Assembly: GCA_017499595.2 (NCBI GenBank)
Contig: CM039002.1
Coordinates: 1,488,001 to 1,552,000, forward strand
DNA from: Psilocybe cubensis
Lineage: Eukaryota
Length of the DNA stretch: 64,000 nucleotides
Direction: 5' to 3'
In this document: piece after piece, positions 1-13,336 of the stretch
How the letters are laid out: each line of letters opens with the position of its first letter
How positions within the stretch are numbered: position 1 is the first letter of the stretch
The notes under the pieces: generated by a model
What the model saw: only the letters and a program-made list of their open reading frames with translations
Told to the model about the DNA's origin: nothing
Database searches by the model: none
Program-made: the position numbers and the translations under genes

Positions 1-2054
1 CATACCCATGGTAAGTCAAGGTTTTCTTCCATATCATGGGATCCCAGCTCAAATATATTCCATCAAATATGTTCAATACGTCAGACCAAGGGATCTGTAG
101 AGCCCCTATCCTTTGAATGTAAGTAGGGATACAAGGGTGACATATGTCGTGGCTCACTTGATGGTTCCTCCACGGAATCGTTATCTCGGACCCAAGAATC
201 CAGCACCGTAAACATTCGACCTTCTTCGGCTTCATATGCATCTACAATAGAGTCAGTTTTCTGATAGTAACACCCACAGTAACCGTAAATTACTTGTCAC
301 AGCATAGCTATGTGAAGGAAGGAATGACACGTCCCGCCACTGAGTATAAGTAGATGGGCCTGTTCCAAGTGTAATGACACAGTGGCCTATTATAATCAGC
401 ACAAGACCTGGAACTAAAAAAAATCGTTTGAAGTACCAGCTGAAAAACCTTTCTGCAATCTTTCCCATGTCTTTTCCCTCTCAAAGGTAGAGCTGGAAAA
501 AGTCTTGATTAAAAGTTTTGGCATAGCCGGCTCACTGACGGCATACCTTTTGATTTCAATATGTTCAGGTATCCAACCCGCGAAAGCACTGAAAAGCGCA
601 TAAATTGATACAAAACAGCTAGATGATGCCTATTGCACTCACTGTAAATCAATGCTTGAATTCCTGTCAATAAATGTTAAAGTCATGCTGCTATGGTTGA
701 CAAGGTAGTCACAATCACTAACGATCCTGGGAAATCGTAACCCCCCATCAACTTCATATACTTCGGAAAGAGTGAGCTACAGTAGATGCGAGGTGCACTT
801 TACTCACGGCTTTCTCTAAAAGACTGGGCCAAATAGTATCCATTGACGCATTTCCACTTTGACCATCCGCCAGAGATGGTAAGACTGACATACACATTAA
901 CATCCCTGAGTCAGGATGAAATGGTAACCGATCATCGATAACTGATTATGGTTAGTTATTAGAACTTCAGCGAAGTTGAAAGACATGCACCTATCTGAAA
1001 TTAGATAGTTATTATAAAGGGAAAATATTTTCTTAAATCAATGCTACGCACTCGACGCCAAGCACCATTAAATAAAACTCGAATATCGTATCGGCCATCT
1101 ATGACATGGGAGTTCTTTCCAGAGACACAATGAATAGCCGACTCAAGCTTGAAATATGTTAGTGAGGTCTCATAGTTCATTTCGACTGACATACAGATGT
1201 CCCAAATCTTCGACCATGTTCAAGACAGACAGATATAGATGCGCAAACGGAACAGTCTGTGACGATGTGCTGGATAATCTCCTCTGGAAGTATACACCTT
1301 TTTGTCATAGTGGCTGATGATGTAGCGGATCTATCACAGGCATTCAAATTCAGCATACAACCCTAATGCCCAGTCGTCCCGCTGCTTACTGTGGACGTCG
1401 CCATATCGGTGAGACCTTTTCTTGTTCAGGAGAAAGTTTAGGTTGACCGTCTGGATCGCTGAGAATGCCTAATAATTAGATAGCATAGAGCGAAAGGTAT
1501 GAAAATACACAAACGTAAAAATCGAGGATTGTGCCCCTTTGACCACAACTGGGTCCTCCCACAGGGGATAGAATAGACCATTGACATAACTCCCCTTCTT
1601 GAGTACATACGACTGCTCCTCTGGGATAATTTGAATCAGTGTACCTCTTAGCATATAGAAAACATACGAGGTGAGAAGTGATCAATTCCAATGGGGGTTA
1701 ATTTCATTTCGGAAACCGGTATGGTGAGGGTTTGTTCCGATATTGCAACTAAACCGCCTCTAGACTTTTCGACGAATCTTTTAATCTTTTCTGCCCTTTC
1801 GAGAGCTTTAGCAGCATTGGTCTTCCATTTCTGTTTGGTTTTATCATCAACCGCACTAGTTCGGCTAAGATGTAAGAAAGATTCTGCTGTTTTGATGTAC
1901 AATCCAAATGCTTGATCGTATTTCTTCGCAAACTCGGCTTTCGAAGCTTTAGACGATGTTGCCTAGAAAGGAAAAGATTAGTGGTTTGGAGAGTATCACG
2001 GTGTTACCCATAACTCTCAAAACGCACCTCAGCGTCTCGTTCGGATGTTTGCAT
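1..2054 (-). CDS. palB: Calpain-like cysteine protease (PalB/Rim13/calpain-7 family) with N-terminal MIT domain; 3' part runs off the window
   Basis: Spliced by eye: MQTSERDAE|...YDQAFGLYIKTAESFLHL...AAKALERAEKIK (MIT-like). Catalytic region IIQHIVTDCSVCAS, GRYDIRVLFNGAWRR, GHCVITLGTG, PSHSYAV, VLDSW. Confidence 0.85.
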
Positions 2055-3076
2055 TTCCGTTCGTTCGTAAATAGCAGCACAAGTTGTAGTACTGTGTCGT
2101 CCGCGTTGTCGTAAGTTGACAAGCGCGAACGATAGCTTCAGGGAAACTAATGGCTTCTTTATTCGGCTTTAGAAGGAAGTAGTATACAAGCCGGTCTGGG
2201 TTCCCTAAAAAAGTGAGACGTGCTGGGTTAGATTATAGATCCAAAGAGAAGACAAGAAAACAATCAACTGGTCGTACTGTCTCAATGACGTTTATGGACT
2301 AGCGGTCCGAATGCTCCGATATTTTTCCACGGTCGCGAGTGCTACATGACCGACCGACTCTTACTTTCGTGTGCCACTTTCAAGTTCGATCAAGCTTAAT
2401 GTTCATATGTCTCTCTCGACTTGAGAGGTATCCAAAATACCGCTTTACAGAGAAAATCAATCATTCAATGTCGTCGATTTTCGTCCCACTTTCTTCAGAG
2501 GTGAGTCGCTATGTCATAGACTTGCTGGTGATCTGGAACAGGTCGGTTCAGCATATCCTCCGAGGTGGGTTTATCGCCAAAATCTGACATACCACTATCT
2601 ACTAGACGTTCTTTTTGACGATGCCTTTCGGCTGGCATCATTCCAGCGAAACCCTGATTAAAACGGGGAACAACCTATTTGCTACTAGTAGTCTGGAATC
2701 CGAGTCTGAAGCTATCCTGGGCAAAACTCTTGCATATGGAAGGTCATCTGGACCATGTTATCTTAAGAACAAACATGTATTACTCACATATTTTTAATGT
2801 AAGGTTTTAATGGCTACAAGTGATCTGAAGTTCTCACCTCCAAGCCGCTACAAATGTGGAACTCCGGCGTTTCCAGAAGCTTCGAGCCTTGATGGCAAGA
2901 TAAAAGTACTTTATACTGGCCCATTACATACCCACTGATGACTAGGGAGCTTGAAATATGAAGCGAAACGATTTATAAGAGATGGCACGATCACTCAGAA
3001 GGTCAGAGTTCCCAAGCACGTATATTGAACGTCATAGCTCATGATTATCAATTGAAAGGACAAGAAACAGAATAGC

Positions 3077-3084
3077 TATATAAA
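3077..3084 (+). promoter_or_regulatory. Candidate TATA box of the first NAD(P)-binding paralog
   Basis: TATATAAA about 85 nt upstream of the ATG at 3169. Confidence 0.4.
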
Positions 3085-3168
3085 TGACATAGTGTTAACG
3101 GGGTCCTCTCGTTCTTGCATTACTCATCCTTCTAGCTATACGGTACCTCAACCAATCTTCAGAAGGCA

Positions 3169-4591
3169 ATGTCCTCGAAACTTAAGATCTTATTTACTGG
3201 TGCTACTGGTAAGCACAATTGATAGCTTTTGGACCATAAGTTAATAATAAAGGATATCATCTTGAGGTTACATTGGCGGTTCTGTCCTATCGCGTTTCCT
3301 CAGGCATCCTGACTTTGGATCATTCACAATTACAACGCTTGTACGATCCCCAGAGAAGGCAGAAAAGCTCAAGGCACTTGGATTTAATGCTGTTACGGGC
3401 TCACACGACGATGTCGAGTTGATGGAATCACTTGCGGCAGATCATGATTTTGTTATTGCAACGGTATAAGCGCTCGTGTCATGAATCTATTTCCGGGTTT
3501 TTACTGACCTCGTTTGACCTACAGGCAGATGCAGACAATTACGAAGCTGCTATAGCGACTTTGAATGGGTTGAAAAGGCGACACGAGAAAACCGGTACCA
3601 CCCCTATCTTGATACACACGGTATGTCAATCATTTCCTTTGAATGTAATAACCGATGATTTATTCGGCTTCATGGAAACTCCCAGTCTGGTACTGGTAAG
3701 AAGCATTTTACGCACTCAAGTGTTCAATTTCACAATAAATAATTGGAATAGGTGTCCTTACCGATAGTGCTGGTGGGAATTTCGCCGGTGAAACCGTATA
3801 TGACGATGCCAATCCCGACCAAATCGAAACACTTCCCGACACACAGTTACACAGAAATGTAGATCTTGAAATTCTTCGTGCCGATAAAGAAGGTATCTAA
3901 CACCCGCACTTCATTAAGATGAAAAGGCTGACGGAAGCATAGGTTACCTCAAAAGTTATATCATTCTCCCATCAACTATTTGGGGCATTGCTACAGGCAT
4001 CCTTGTAGAGAAGGGGATCCAAAACCCTCATTCGATTCAAGTTCCTGCTCTCATTCGCGCATCGCTAGACCGCGGCAGGGCAGGGATGGTAGGAGCAGGC
4101 AAGAATTTGTGGCCCGACGTCAATATCGAAGAAGGTAAGCGGGTCTATCATTCCTTTATTCAACTTGATCATAGCTTAACGAGCCGTTAAATAGTGGCAG
4201 ACCTATATATTGTGTTGTTCAATGCTATTCGCTCAAATCCATCGACGACCGGTCATGGGCGTGAAGGGATATATTTCGGAGAGAGTGGGGAGCATAGCTT
4301 GTATGAAGTTTGTAAGGCAATTGGCCAGGCAATGGTGGCACTAGGAAAATCAGACAATCCCGAACCCACCACATTTACAAAAGAGGAGCTGGACAAGTAC
4401 TTTCAGGTATGGACTCGAAGTTCAATTGAATGATTCCATGTAACTTACGGATCAATACGCAGGGATCTGACTACCTAGGGACGAACTCTCGTTGCCGAGC
4501 AAATAGGTCAAGGTCCATTGGATGGAATCCTGTGAAAACGAAGGAGGATTTCATTGCGAGTATTAGGGCGGAGGTGGAAGCCCTGCTTTAA
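3169..4591 (+). CDS. NAD(P)-binding Rossmann-fold protein (extended SDR / epimerase-dehydratase / NmrA-like), tandem paralog 1
   Basis: MSSKLKIFITGATG|YIGGSVL (GxxGxxG), TTLVRSPEKA, LIHT|SGT|GVL, YIILPSTIWG, HGREGIYFGESGEH; multi-intron; ends EVEALL*. Confidence 0.88.
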
Positions 4592-4828
4592 AAATGAGGG
4601 CAGTAGTAGTCTGATCTGTGGATCCCAGATATTAATCTTCAATGCTTTGCGTATGACGAAATCATATATTCAAATTTCCAACCAACAACCGGATGCTCAT
4701 TGGATAAATTTGTACTCTACGTCATATTGACTAACTATTTGAGTCTCGATAATGAAACCACGCAAACATTTAAAAAACGCAGCCTAGAGGTGTCTCATTT
4801 TCCATCAAGCATTTTCCACTTCAACAAA

Positions 4829-6234
4829 ATGTCCACTAAAATCAACATCTTAATGACCGGAGTTACTGGTAATCCAGATTCCTTGGCCCCTGTCTTTCTC
4901 AGTGACAACGTTTACAGGTTACATTGGCGGTTCTGTTCTTACTCGCTTCTTGAAACGGCCTGACCACAAGTTTTTCAAAATCACCACGCTTGTACGTTCC
5001 CCAGAGAAGGCAGAAAAACTCAAAGCGCATGGTGTCCACGCAATTGTGGGCACACACGATGATAGCAAGGTGATGGAATCGCTGGCGGCGGATCAGGATG
5101 TCGTCATTGCAATGGTATAAGCGCCCGTGACGTAATATTGCTTTTGATGTATTATTGATGCTGTTTGCATTTGCACAGGCTGACGCTGACAATCTCAAAG
5201 CCACCAAAGCAATATTGAGCGGTTTGAAGATTAGGCACGAGGAAACCGGAACTGTTCCGATCTTGATACATACCGTACGTCTGATCATCCTTCAAACTGA
5301 ATTTTCCATCTCTAATACCTTGATCATCCATACAGTCTGGAACAGGTGAGATGATTCCTTTTACTTGAAATTATAGCCGCGAAACTGAAGTGGATATAGG
5401 TGTCCTTAGTGATAGCGCTGGTGGAAAATTTACTGGAGAAACCATATACGATGATGCCAACCCTGACCAAATCGAATCCCTCCCAGACACCCAATTACAC
5501 AGGAACGTAGATCTTGAAATTCTGCGTGCTGATAAAGAAGGTGAATATACTTACTCCTACCCTTTACTATTCTTAGCATATAAGTCATTAGGGTACATCA
5601 AGAGCTATATCATACTCCCGTCAACTATCTGGGGGGAAGCTACTGGTGTTATGGTGGACGAGGGAATCCAAAACCCTCGTTCGATACAGGTCCCAGAACT
5701 TATTCGTGCTTCATTAGCTCGTGGACGAGCTGGGATGGTAGGAGAGGGAAAAAACTTGTGGCCCGACGTAAATATCAATGATGGCAAGTATCTTTCTTCC
5801 ATGCGGTTCGTCTGAAACCTTGTAGTCTAATAATCACCTATCAGTGGCCGACCTTTACCTTGTCCTATTCGATTCAATTCGTTCAAACCCCTCAACCGGA
5901 CATGGACGTGAAGGTTTTTATTTTTCAGAAAATGGGGAACATAGTTTGTACAGCGTGGGAAGAGCAATCGGCGACGCCTTGGTTGCTCTCGGAAAGTCAG
6001 ACAACCCTGAGCCAACTGCTTTCACCAGAGACGAACTGAATAAGTATTTTGGGGCGAGTACTATTTCAGCCTCACATAATTTGTACTGAGATGTAAAATT
6101 TCTAGGGAAGCGATTACCTAGGTTCCAATTCGCGATGCCGCGCAAACCGCTCAAGGTCAATTGGGTGGGAACCGACTAAAACCAAGTCAGATTTTATGGC
6201 CAGCATCAAATCTGAGGTTGAAGCTTGGGCATAA
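4829..6234 (+). CDS. NAD(P)-binding Rossmann-fold protein, tandem paralog 2
   Basis: MSTKINILMTGVTG|YIGGSVL; colinear with paralog 1 with the same intron positions; ends EVEAWA*. Confidence 0.88.
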
Positions 6235-6748
6235 TGCAAGTAGTATATTGGTAGACCATTGGAGTATCGATGAAATTGCCTGCGCACCAAAAGATTTAAA
6301 TCATGCTGAACTTAACTGCGCCCTGCCAAATATTAGAGGTCGGCATAAACTCCTTTCATTGACTTGCGTGAGCAGCTTGACCTCATTCCTTCTGAATTAT
6401 GAAAATGGAAATGAGAGGTTGCAAACTGTTTTGTCGTTGTAGGGAGGGGGGAAATGGCATCCTTCGGCAGAGCAGATGATTCTGTCCCAGCGTCATTCTA
6501 AAGGAACATAATCCTGCGACAATTTCCGTCTTCAAGGTCTTTGATCCCGGAAAGTAGACCCCCAAACCCTTCCAGACAATTGAACAATTCCTCGTAGCAT
6601 CAAGCCGGAGGTGAAGGCCTTAACTATGGAATGCGCCGTATAACCCATAAAAAGGTCGTAACTGTCTCATTACAAAGGAAGAGCAGTACATCATTATCTT
6701 GCCTGTCGGTCCCATTTGAGCTCAAAATATACATTGTTCGAAAATTTA

Positions 6749-7513
6749 CTACAGGCGTGATTGTGTCGCTGGGAAAGCAACAGGTTCGGAAGTTCGAGCC
6801 GCCTCACCATATTGTAGAACTCCTACATAGGGCATCAAATTGTATTTTAGGGAATAGCTCGCAGGCGGTACACCACTGTCCATAAAAATTAGAATGCGAC
6901 GCAGGGTACGACATAGAAGAACGAGAGGTAGTTACTTACTTGAACGACGCCGAAATGTCACGGAAGACGTATTTGTTTTTTCCTTCGAACTTGATGACAG
7001 CATCTTCTTTTTTTCTGACAATGCGATCCCAGATCACGACTTCATTTTTGACCTAATTGAAATTCAACGGTTATAGGCTGTCAACGACGTCATGGTTCAG
7101 AGACGTACCCCTTGCTTATTCGCATATTCAGCCTCGAGGTATAAAAAGAGCTGCTTAGTATTCCAATGAAATAAAGGAGTCAGGTCTGGATTGAATGATG
7201 GTCAGTTGTAAAATATAGGATAGCAAGAAACCTCTGCACCTGCTGTTATATTGAAGTGCACGAACGCCAAATCCTGCTTTTTGTTGGGGTATCTCCGAGC
7301 ATTAGACGATACTCTATGTCATTGCGGTCGTTTGTGATTGAGCCAACAAGGGAGAAGGAGCAGAACGCACACTTTAATAGACGAGACTGTAAGGTCTCCT
7401 TGGGGCCTTGCGGTAAACAGGAATGAGGATAGAGCAATAGCAGCCAACAGCGTCATCATGCATGATGACAAGAACGCGGAGACATTATTGACTCTAGAGA
7501 ATATGTTGTGCAT
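6749..7513 (-). CDS. SPC3: Signal peptidase complex subunit 3 (SPC22/23)
   Basis: MHNIFSRVNNVSAFLSSCMMTLLAAIALSSF (N-terminal TM), DLTPLFHWNTKQLFLYLEAEY, VVIWDRIV, KNKYVF, YNLMPYVG. Confidence 0.9.
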
Positions 7514-7761
7514 GTCGGGTATACAGTAGGATATTGGGGGAGGAGAGAGAGTTTGAGCACGGACACGTTGATTGTAACTAATACAACTCAGCAGTGACAC
7601 GATCGTGTACTTGTCCGTGTTTGGCTGTGCCTTGGCACCATCGCGCTTTCCATCAACGCGGCCCGTCTCACTGGATGCCTGACTCTTTTGCAATTCAAAA
7701 TGGCTGTCTTGCACCCGAAATCCATGTTGTTTTATTTCTCGAGATACTGAGAACACAAATA

Positions 7762-9321
7762 ATGTCTGGCATAACTTCTGCCACCGCGTCTATCACGCCT
7801 CCGACACCCTTGCACCTCCTTCGCTCACATACTTCTCCAGTAAGCGCGATCGCTTGGTCCGATGACAATGAGCGAATATACTCTGCGGACGCCTCTGGCA
7901 AGGTAATTGTCACGTCGACACGTTCTCTGCGCGCTATCGCGTCCTGGATGGCACATACAGACTCCATACTCGGTGTTGAAGAATGGGGTGAATCTATTGT
8001 AACGTCTGTTTGCCTTGCAGTACCAGCTCTACATCGACATTGATTCAATGATGTGAAGCCACGGCCGTGACAACAAACTTCATGTTTGGCAAAGAATTGA
8101 AGAGCTCCCAGCGTCGGCCAGGATCGGTGGTTCTGCTGGATTGCCAGATCTTCCGACCCCTACGCACCGTTACTCGATGGATGTTAATGCTCTCAATTTC
8201 TGTCGATTCTCTTTGCTGAGACTCCCAGATGTGGCCGAGGAGAACTCTAAACAAAAAGCACTTATAGCGCTTCCAAACTTGATAGACTCAACTACAGCAT
8301 GTACACCTCTTTTTACTCTGTTCACCAGGTAATCTTATGCGTAAATCTCAGGCAGATGTCTGGTCGTTGCCCACTATAGATCGGTTGCATGCTGCTATTG
8401 GGCAAGAGACAAAAATTTTCCCTTCATCGAATGCAACAGGACGAAATAATTCAGGTATGACAACAGGAATTAGAAGTTGTCTTTACGCTCATCAAATATC
8501 TAGGAATCATAATGTCGATGCATCTTTACCAACAAAATTACACCGACGCGCAATCTCCTGCATCGGATCACAAATGCCTTAGACTCCTTATGGCCTACGA
8601 AAACGGAAGTGTCGTACTGCGGGAATACACACGGACTTCCAAGGAGGTTTCAATCGAAGGTGAGGGATGGGATATACTTTGGAAATCAAAGCTTCACGTT
8701 GAATCAGGTACAAAATCATAACTATTTCTTCTTAACATTTATTTTTCTGACACTTCTTTATAGTCATGGCAATGAGAGTGTCTCGAGCCAATGATTTTGC
8801 ATTGACGGTGTCGGCAGATCATATTATTGGTCGTTACGATCTGAGGGTATATAAATTGCCTGTATATCCTATACTAAACTGCCTTACCTATAATCGACCA
8901 GGATCAACATCCACCATCCGAAGAGCATGCTACCGCATTTCGTTCAAAACATGCTGGAAATGGATCCATAGCAATTAGGGATGATGGTAGGGTATGTGCA
9001 GCTGGAGGTTGGGATGGAAAGTACGTTTGATCTTACTCACAAAAGCGATCCACCGACAAAAACTTTTAAAGGATTCGATTATATTCAACGAAATCCTTCA
9101 AATCTCTCGGCACATTGAAGTACCATAAATCAGCATGTCAATGCATAGAATTCGCTCGGGCGTTTACAGCGCCGTCACTCAACAAATTGACTCAGAACGA
9201 AGAAGACGACGAGTATGAAGACTTTAGCGTTGAAGAAATGAGCGAAAGATCTCGGTGGTTAGTGGCAGGCGCCAAGGACAATCGTATCTCGATCTGGTCG
9301 TTGATGAGTTTTGAGAAATAA
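7762..9321 (+). CDS. ASA1: ASTRA-associated WD40 protein 1
   Basis: PPTPLHLLRSHTSPVSAIAWS, WMAHTDSILGVEEW, HGRDNKLHVW, MDVNALNFCRFS, AAGGWDG, WLVAGAKDNRISIW match the Asa1/GNB1L family; head-to-head with SPC3. Confidence 0.82.
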
Positions 9322-9528
9322 TGATAGCAAACCAATGTTAAGGTCCACGAAGTTACATACTAACAAAGTGCAAAATCTGCAAGAAGTGTAGACTATAATA
9401 AAACAAGTAAACGAGTGGGAGTGTACATTGAAAAGGTTTCGATACTTAACGATAACAAATTAGGTCAACGGCAAGAAGCGAGTAGTGACGATAGAAATGA
9501 AATGTATGGTAATTAGTAATATGCCGTG

Positions 9529-10929
9529 CTATAGGATACCAGCTGCCCTGAGATTTCTTTGTAGCCTAGCGTCTTCCAGGGCACTTTGCGAGGGAATAAC
9601 GATAGTGTTACCAAATTCATCCCCGTGAATGATGGTCGGCTGGTGCTGCTGCTGGCCTGGTGGGCCACCGATGCTGATTCCAAAGATATTTTCCAACCCG
9701 CGGCGGACAGCGGCATCGTGTTCGACCTGCTCAGCACTTGGTGGAGTAACTGGGGCTCTGATGGACTTCTCCCATCGTTTGACTCTCCAGTAACCTATAA
9801 TGGAGGACAGTAAAAGGAACCATCCTGAGAAAGTATCAGACAGAAGAAAAAAGATGATGTGACAAATTGTGGTTACCAAGGGTCATGAAGAGGAAAGACA
9901 ACCAGTCTTTGGAGGTGGCAGACAGAACCTCTGGCTGAACGGTAGAGCTGGTATCAGATACTGAGTCGGAAGGAACGGGAGCTGCAGGGGGGCTGTCCCA
10001 TCCATCGCCTGCACTCGGGTCTGTTCGGTTGCTGTCCTCATTGAAGTTCATCGTCCGCGAGTAGAATCCATACTGAATGAGAGTGAGCCCCAATCCTGCT
10101 CGAGAGCCGAATTTGGCAGCATGTGATGTGTGTAGAAGATATGTTAGAAGGAAACCTATGAATTGGAAGAAAAAGGAAATAAAGATGTTGAGGCAGAAAA
10201 CGAGGAAGGAGCCTGTTGGGAGATCATCTATGATCATGTCGCCTGTACCGTCCAATCCCGCAGGTGCATGGACTGTGGTTTCCCAGTACGGCGGCACGGT
10301 ATCCTGCTGAGCTTCTAGGTATGACTGTTGAATTATAGGTTAACCAAGATGTATGTCATTAACACTATAAGACTCACAGGCGGGCTCTCCTTCTGATTAT
10401 CCTCAGGGACCAGGTGAATATCACCATCGTCTGTCCGAACCACCCGAGCAGCCTGCGGTTTGGCGGTAACGTTCGCAAATACACCATCATTCTCAATACC
10501 TCCGCCAATTCTCGTTGACGAGCTGGTGGGCACAGGCTGATAGTGGGTAGGAAGAATTGCTCCAAAGGCTCTTCTAAAGATGGACTGCTTGGGTTTTGGG
10601 ATATCTACGGGGTCAGTGGGTAGAAGCCCATTCGAATTTCCATAATCGTTGGGAAGCGCCCGGGAAGATGGTCGAGGTGGTGACCCAGGTGGGGGGAAAT
10701 CGTATTCCCGTTCAAAGTCGTATGTGCCTGGGATAGCGCTCGTCTCCACCTTCGAAGTGGATTCCACTCTGGAGGCTTCAGCATCAACATTGTCGTTCGT
10801 GAGCCGCGTGGATTCGTGTGCGGTTTCCTCGTCGTTTTCGTCGTCATCCAGATCGAATGCATCCTCCATCTCTCGCTCTGCATCCGGCGCTGAGCGTGGA
10901 TTTGCGAGAGGTGCGTACCGACCAGACAT
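9529..10929 (-). CDS. BSD2: Metal homeostasis protein Bsd2 (NDFIP family Rsp5/Nedd4 adaptor)
   Basis: ENDGVFANV, PPSY and PPYWETT motifs, FFFQFIGFLLTYLLHTSHAAKFGSRAGLGLTLIQYG, three TM segments. Confidence 0.88.
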
Positions 10930-11846
10930 ATTGAGTAATTGAAAAAGTAAGGATGAAAGGCAGACTGTGGGGCACCAGTTGAGAGTGAACCCAGCCCGCA
11001 AGTGACAAAGAAAGAAAGCGTAAGTTAAATGACTGGATGGAAATCAGGTCGTTTCTAACATAGCCGCATTCGGCATCGGATCACTCCTCCAAAAAGGCTT
11101 CGTTCCTCTCAGCAATCATGCGAGCTCATATGACAGGCCAAGGTTAGCTTATATATTATCCCAAGGTTCTCTCAAGTTGTCGACTTGTACAGAAACTTTG
11201 AAAATTTTCAATATCTTGGCTTGATTGGAGAGATACGACTGCTAAAAACATGCCTGTACAGGCCTGTACGCAGAGTGCAGTAAAACCAGAGGATTAGCAC
11301 AACAATTCCCTAATAATAAATATGTCCAGAGGGCGGGCATCCTCGAACCTCTTCCAAAAGGTAGATATATCACCTCTTCAGCCGCACCAACATATGTTAT
11401 GTGTATCAGAAGGGAACACAATAAGACACAAGAAGTGCTTCGATATGTTCTCCAAATGCTTATGAGTAACAAGCATGGAGACTGGCGTTCCTTGGTGTGA
11501 GAATGGATGGTATAGTTGGGAAAATGGTCACTGAGCTGATCATCTCCAGGAAATGTGTATCGTAGCGCTGATAGGCCAGTGGTAACGCGCATAAATGCAT
11601 GTTTGTAAGGTGATGTGAACGAATTGGTCAAAGATGCTTTGGAGAGAGTTTTCATCTTGAATCCAGAGGCAATTCACATTGCCCACATTTCGATAATTAT
11701 GAGCTGACAAAGAAAGTGGTCCAGCTCACAACAAAGAAGGTTTATACCAATGCCTGGTACTAGAGGTAAATTCCAGATGAAGATATTAAGTCCCAGGTGG
11801 GAGCTGAACTCACAAGCAACGGGAAGCGAATGATAATTTCTTTCCA

Positions 11847-12899
11847 TTACATATCGTCCACACTCCACTGATAACTTTCAGCGCCTTTTCGCTTTTTAGC
11901 GTTTCTGCTTTCAAACAATTTCTTCTCGAAACCATTGCCTCGGTCTACAATTAAAAATTCTCAATGACAATGTTAAAGCATTTAATAGACACGTACCAAC
12001 ACCATCCCATCTATATCCAGGCTTAATGCCAAACCTGTTAGGCGGTGGCGGAGGCCCTGTATATTCTGGTTTTCGAGGGCCTTTGGCTTTAGATTTCTGG
12101 ATGGTACACAAATATGTCAATACCATATTCATTGAAGGAATATATTCGTACTCACCGTCAAGAAAGCAGCTGCTGGGTCGTTCCACAGCTCCTTGGCCTT
12201 CAACTCCTCGTTCAATTCTTTATCATCTGCGCGTCTCGCAAACGGCGCATTCCTATTCTTTTCTAGCTCCTTTTTCCGTTTCTCGGCCTCTTCTCGTTGC
12301 ACCAAGCCTTTACCCCACTCCATCTTTTGCGCTTCTTTCTCTTCTTTAAGGCGCTTCAATCTAGCCGCCTCAGCTTTCGCCGCTTTCGTGTCAATCTTCT
12401 TTCCAGAAGCATCACGATAAATGGTTTCCTGAGCGCGTGCAATTTCCTCTTCTGTCATCTTGTCCGTCGTTGTAACATTGTTCTGCGGGAGCATCTTTTT
12501 GAGTTGCTGCGCGTTCACCAGCCCACCGACGAACGGAGTATCGACAACCATAGGCTTCTCATCAGGTGGAGGGCTTTCTTCCTTTATCTGCGCATCATTC
12601 AGCCCTTCCTGAATAGTTATCCAACTTGACTCGGCGGCAGCGCTGGCGACCTTCCGCTTTTTGAAGCCTCGGTCCTTCTCGATAACTGCATCGGCCAGTT
12701 CATCAGGGTCCTCTTCTTTAACCATTTCGCCCCAGCCTCCATCCTCGTCACGTATCATGCTGGTCCCTGTTTGTGTATCTGCGCCGGCATCCTTTACCTT
12801 GCGCTTCTTTTTCTTTAGTGGCGCCGTTTTGGACAGAATGGCTTCTGCCTTCGGTCCTGACATATACTTTTCAGCCAAATATGCTTTGAGATTCGACAT
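11847..12899 (-). CDS. BUD13: Pre-mRNA splicing factor Bud13/Cwc26 (RES complex)
   Basis: [69 protein letters not shown]. Confidence 0.92.
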
Positions 12900-13336
12900 C
12901 CTTGAAATAGATAGAGGAAGTGGATGGCTATGAAAACAAGAGAGCAAACAAATTAGAGCCAATAGTGATACATGTACAAGTTACAGTTTGTTCTGGGTTG
13001 CGCGCTATGTCACTTATGTCAGCCCCCTATAGCGGCCCGGGTTTCGTGAAAGGCGCAAATGACTTTGAAATCCAGTCTACTCAGTGTGAGGAGTCCTAAC
13101 TTATAGGAATGTCATCCAAAACAATCATAACATTAACTATGTACATGTGGCATGAACTTTTTGTATTCTACAATGATTCTCACTGTCTGTACTACTACCT
13201 TCCTCGTCCTCGTGCTAATCTACAATCATGAACATTAATTGGCTCATCATTGACTCGCCCAAACGTAAAATCATCAGTCATAAAAAAGTTAGAAATAGGG
13301 CACCAAACTGTAGTTGTTCATCGCCCAACTACCACA

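Noticed and set aside
2500-2541. Intron-like GTGAGT...CAG on the plus strand in the palB divergent region
   Set aside because: A single short candidate with a weak branch site and no flanking ORF support.
11242-11655. 137-aa ORF between BUD13 and BSD2
   Set aside because: No motif and non-coding-like composition; probably a chance ORF.
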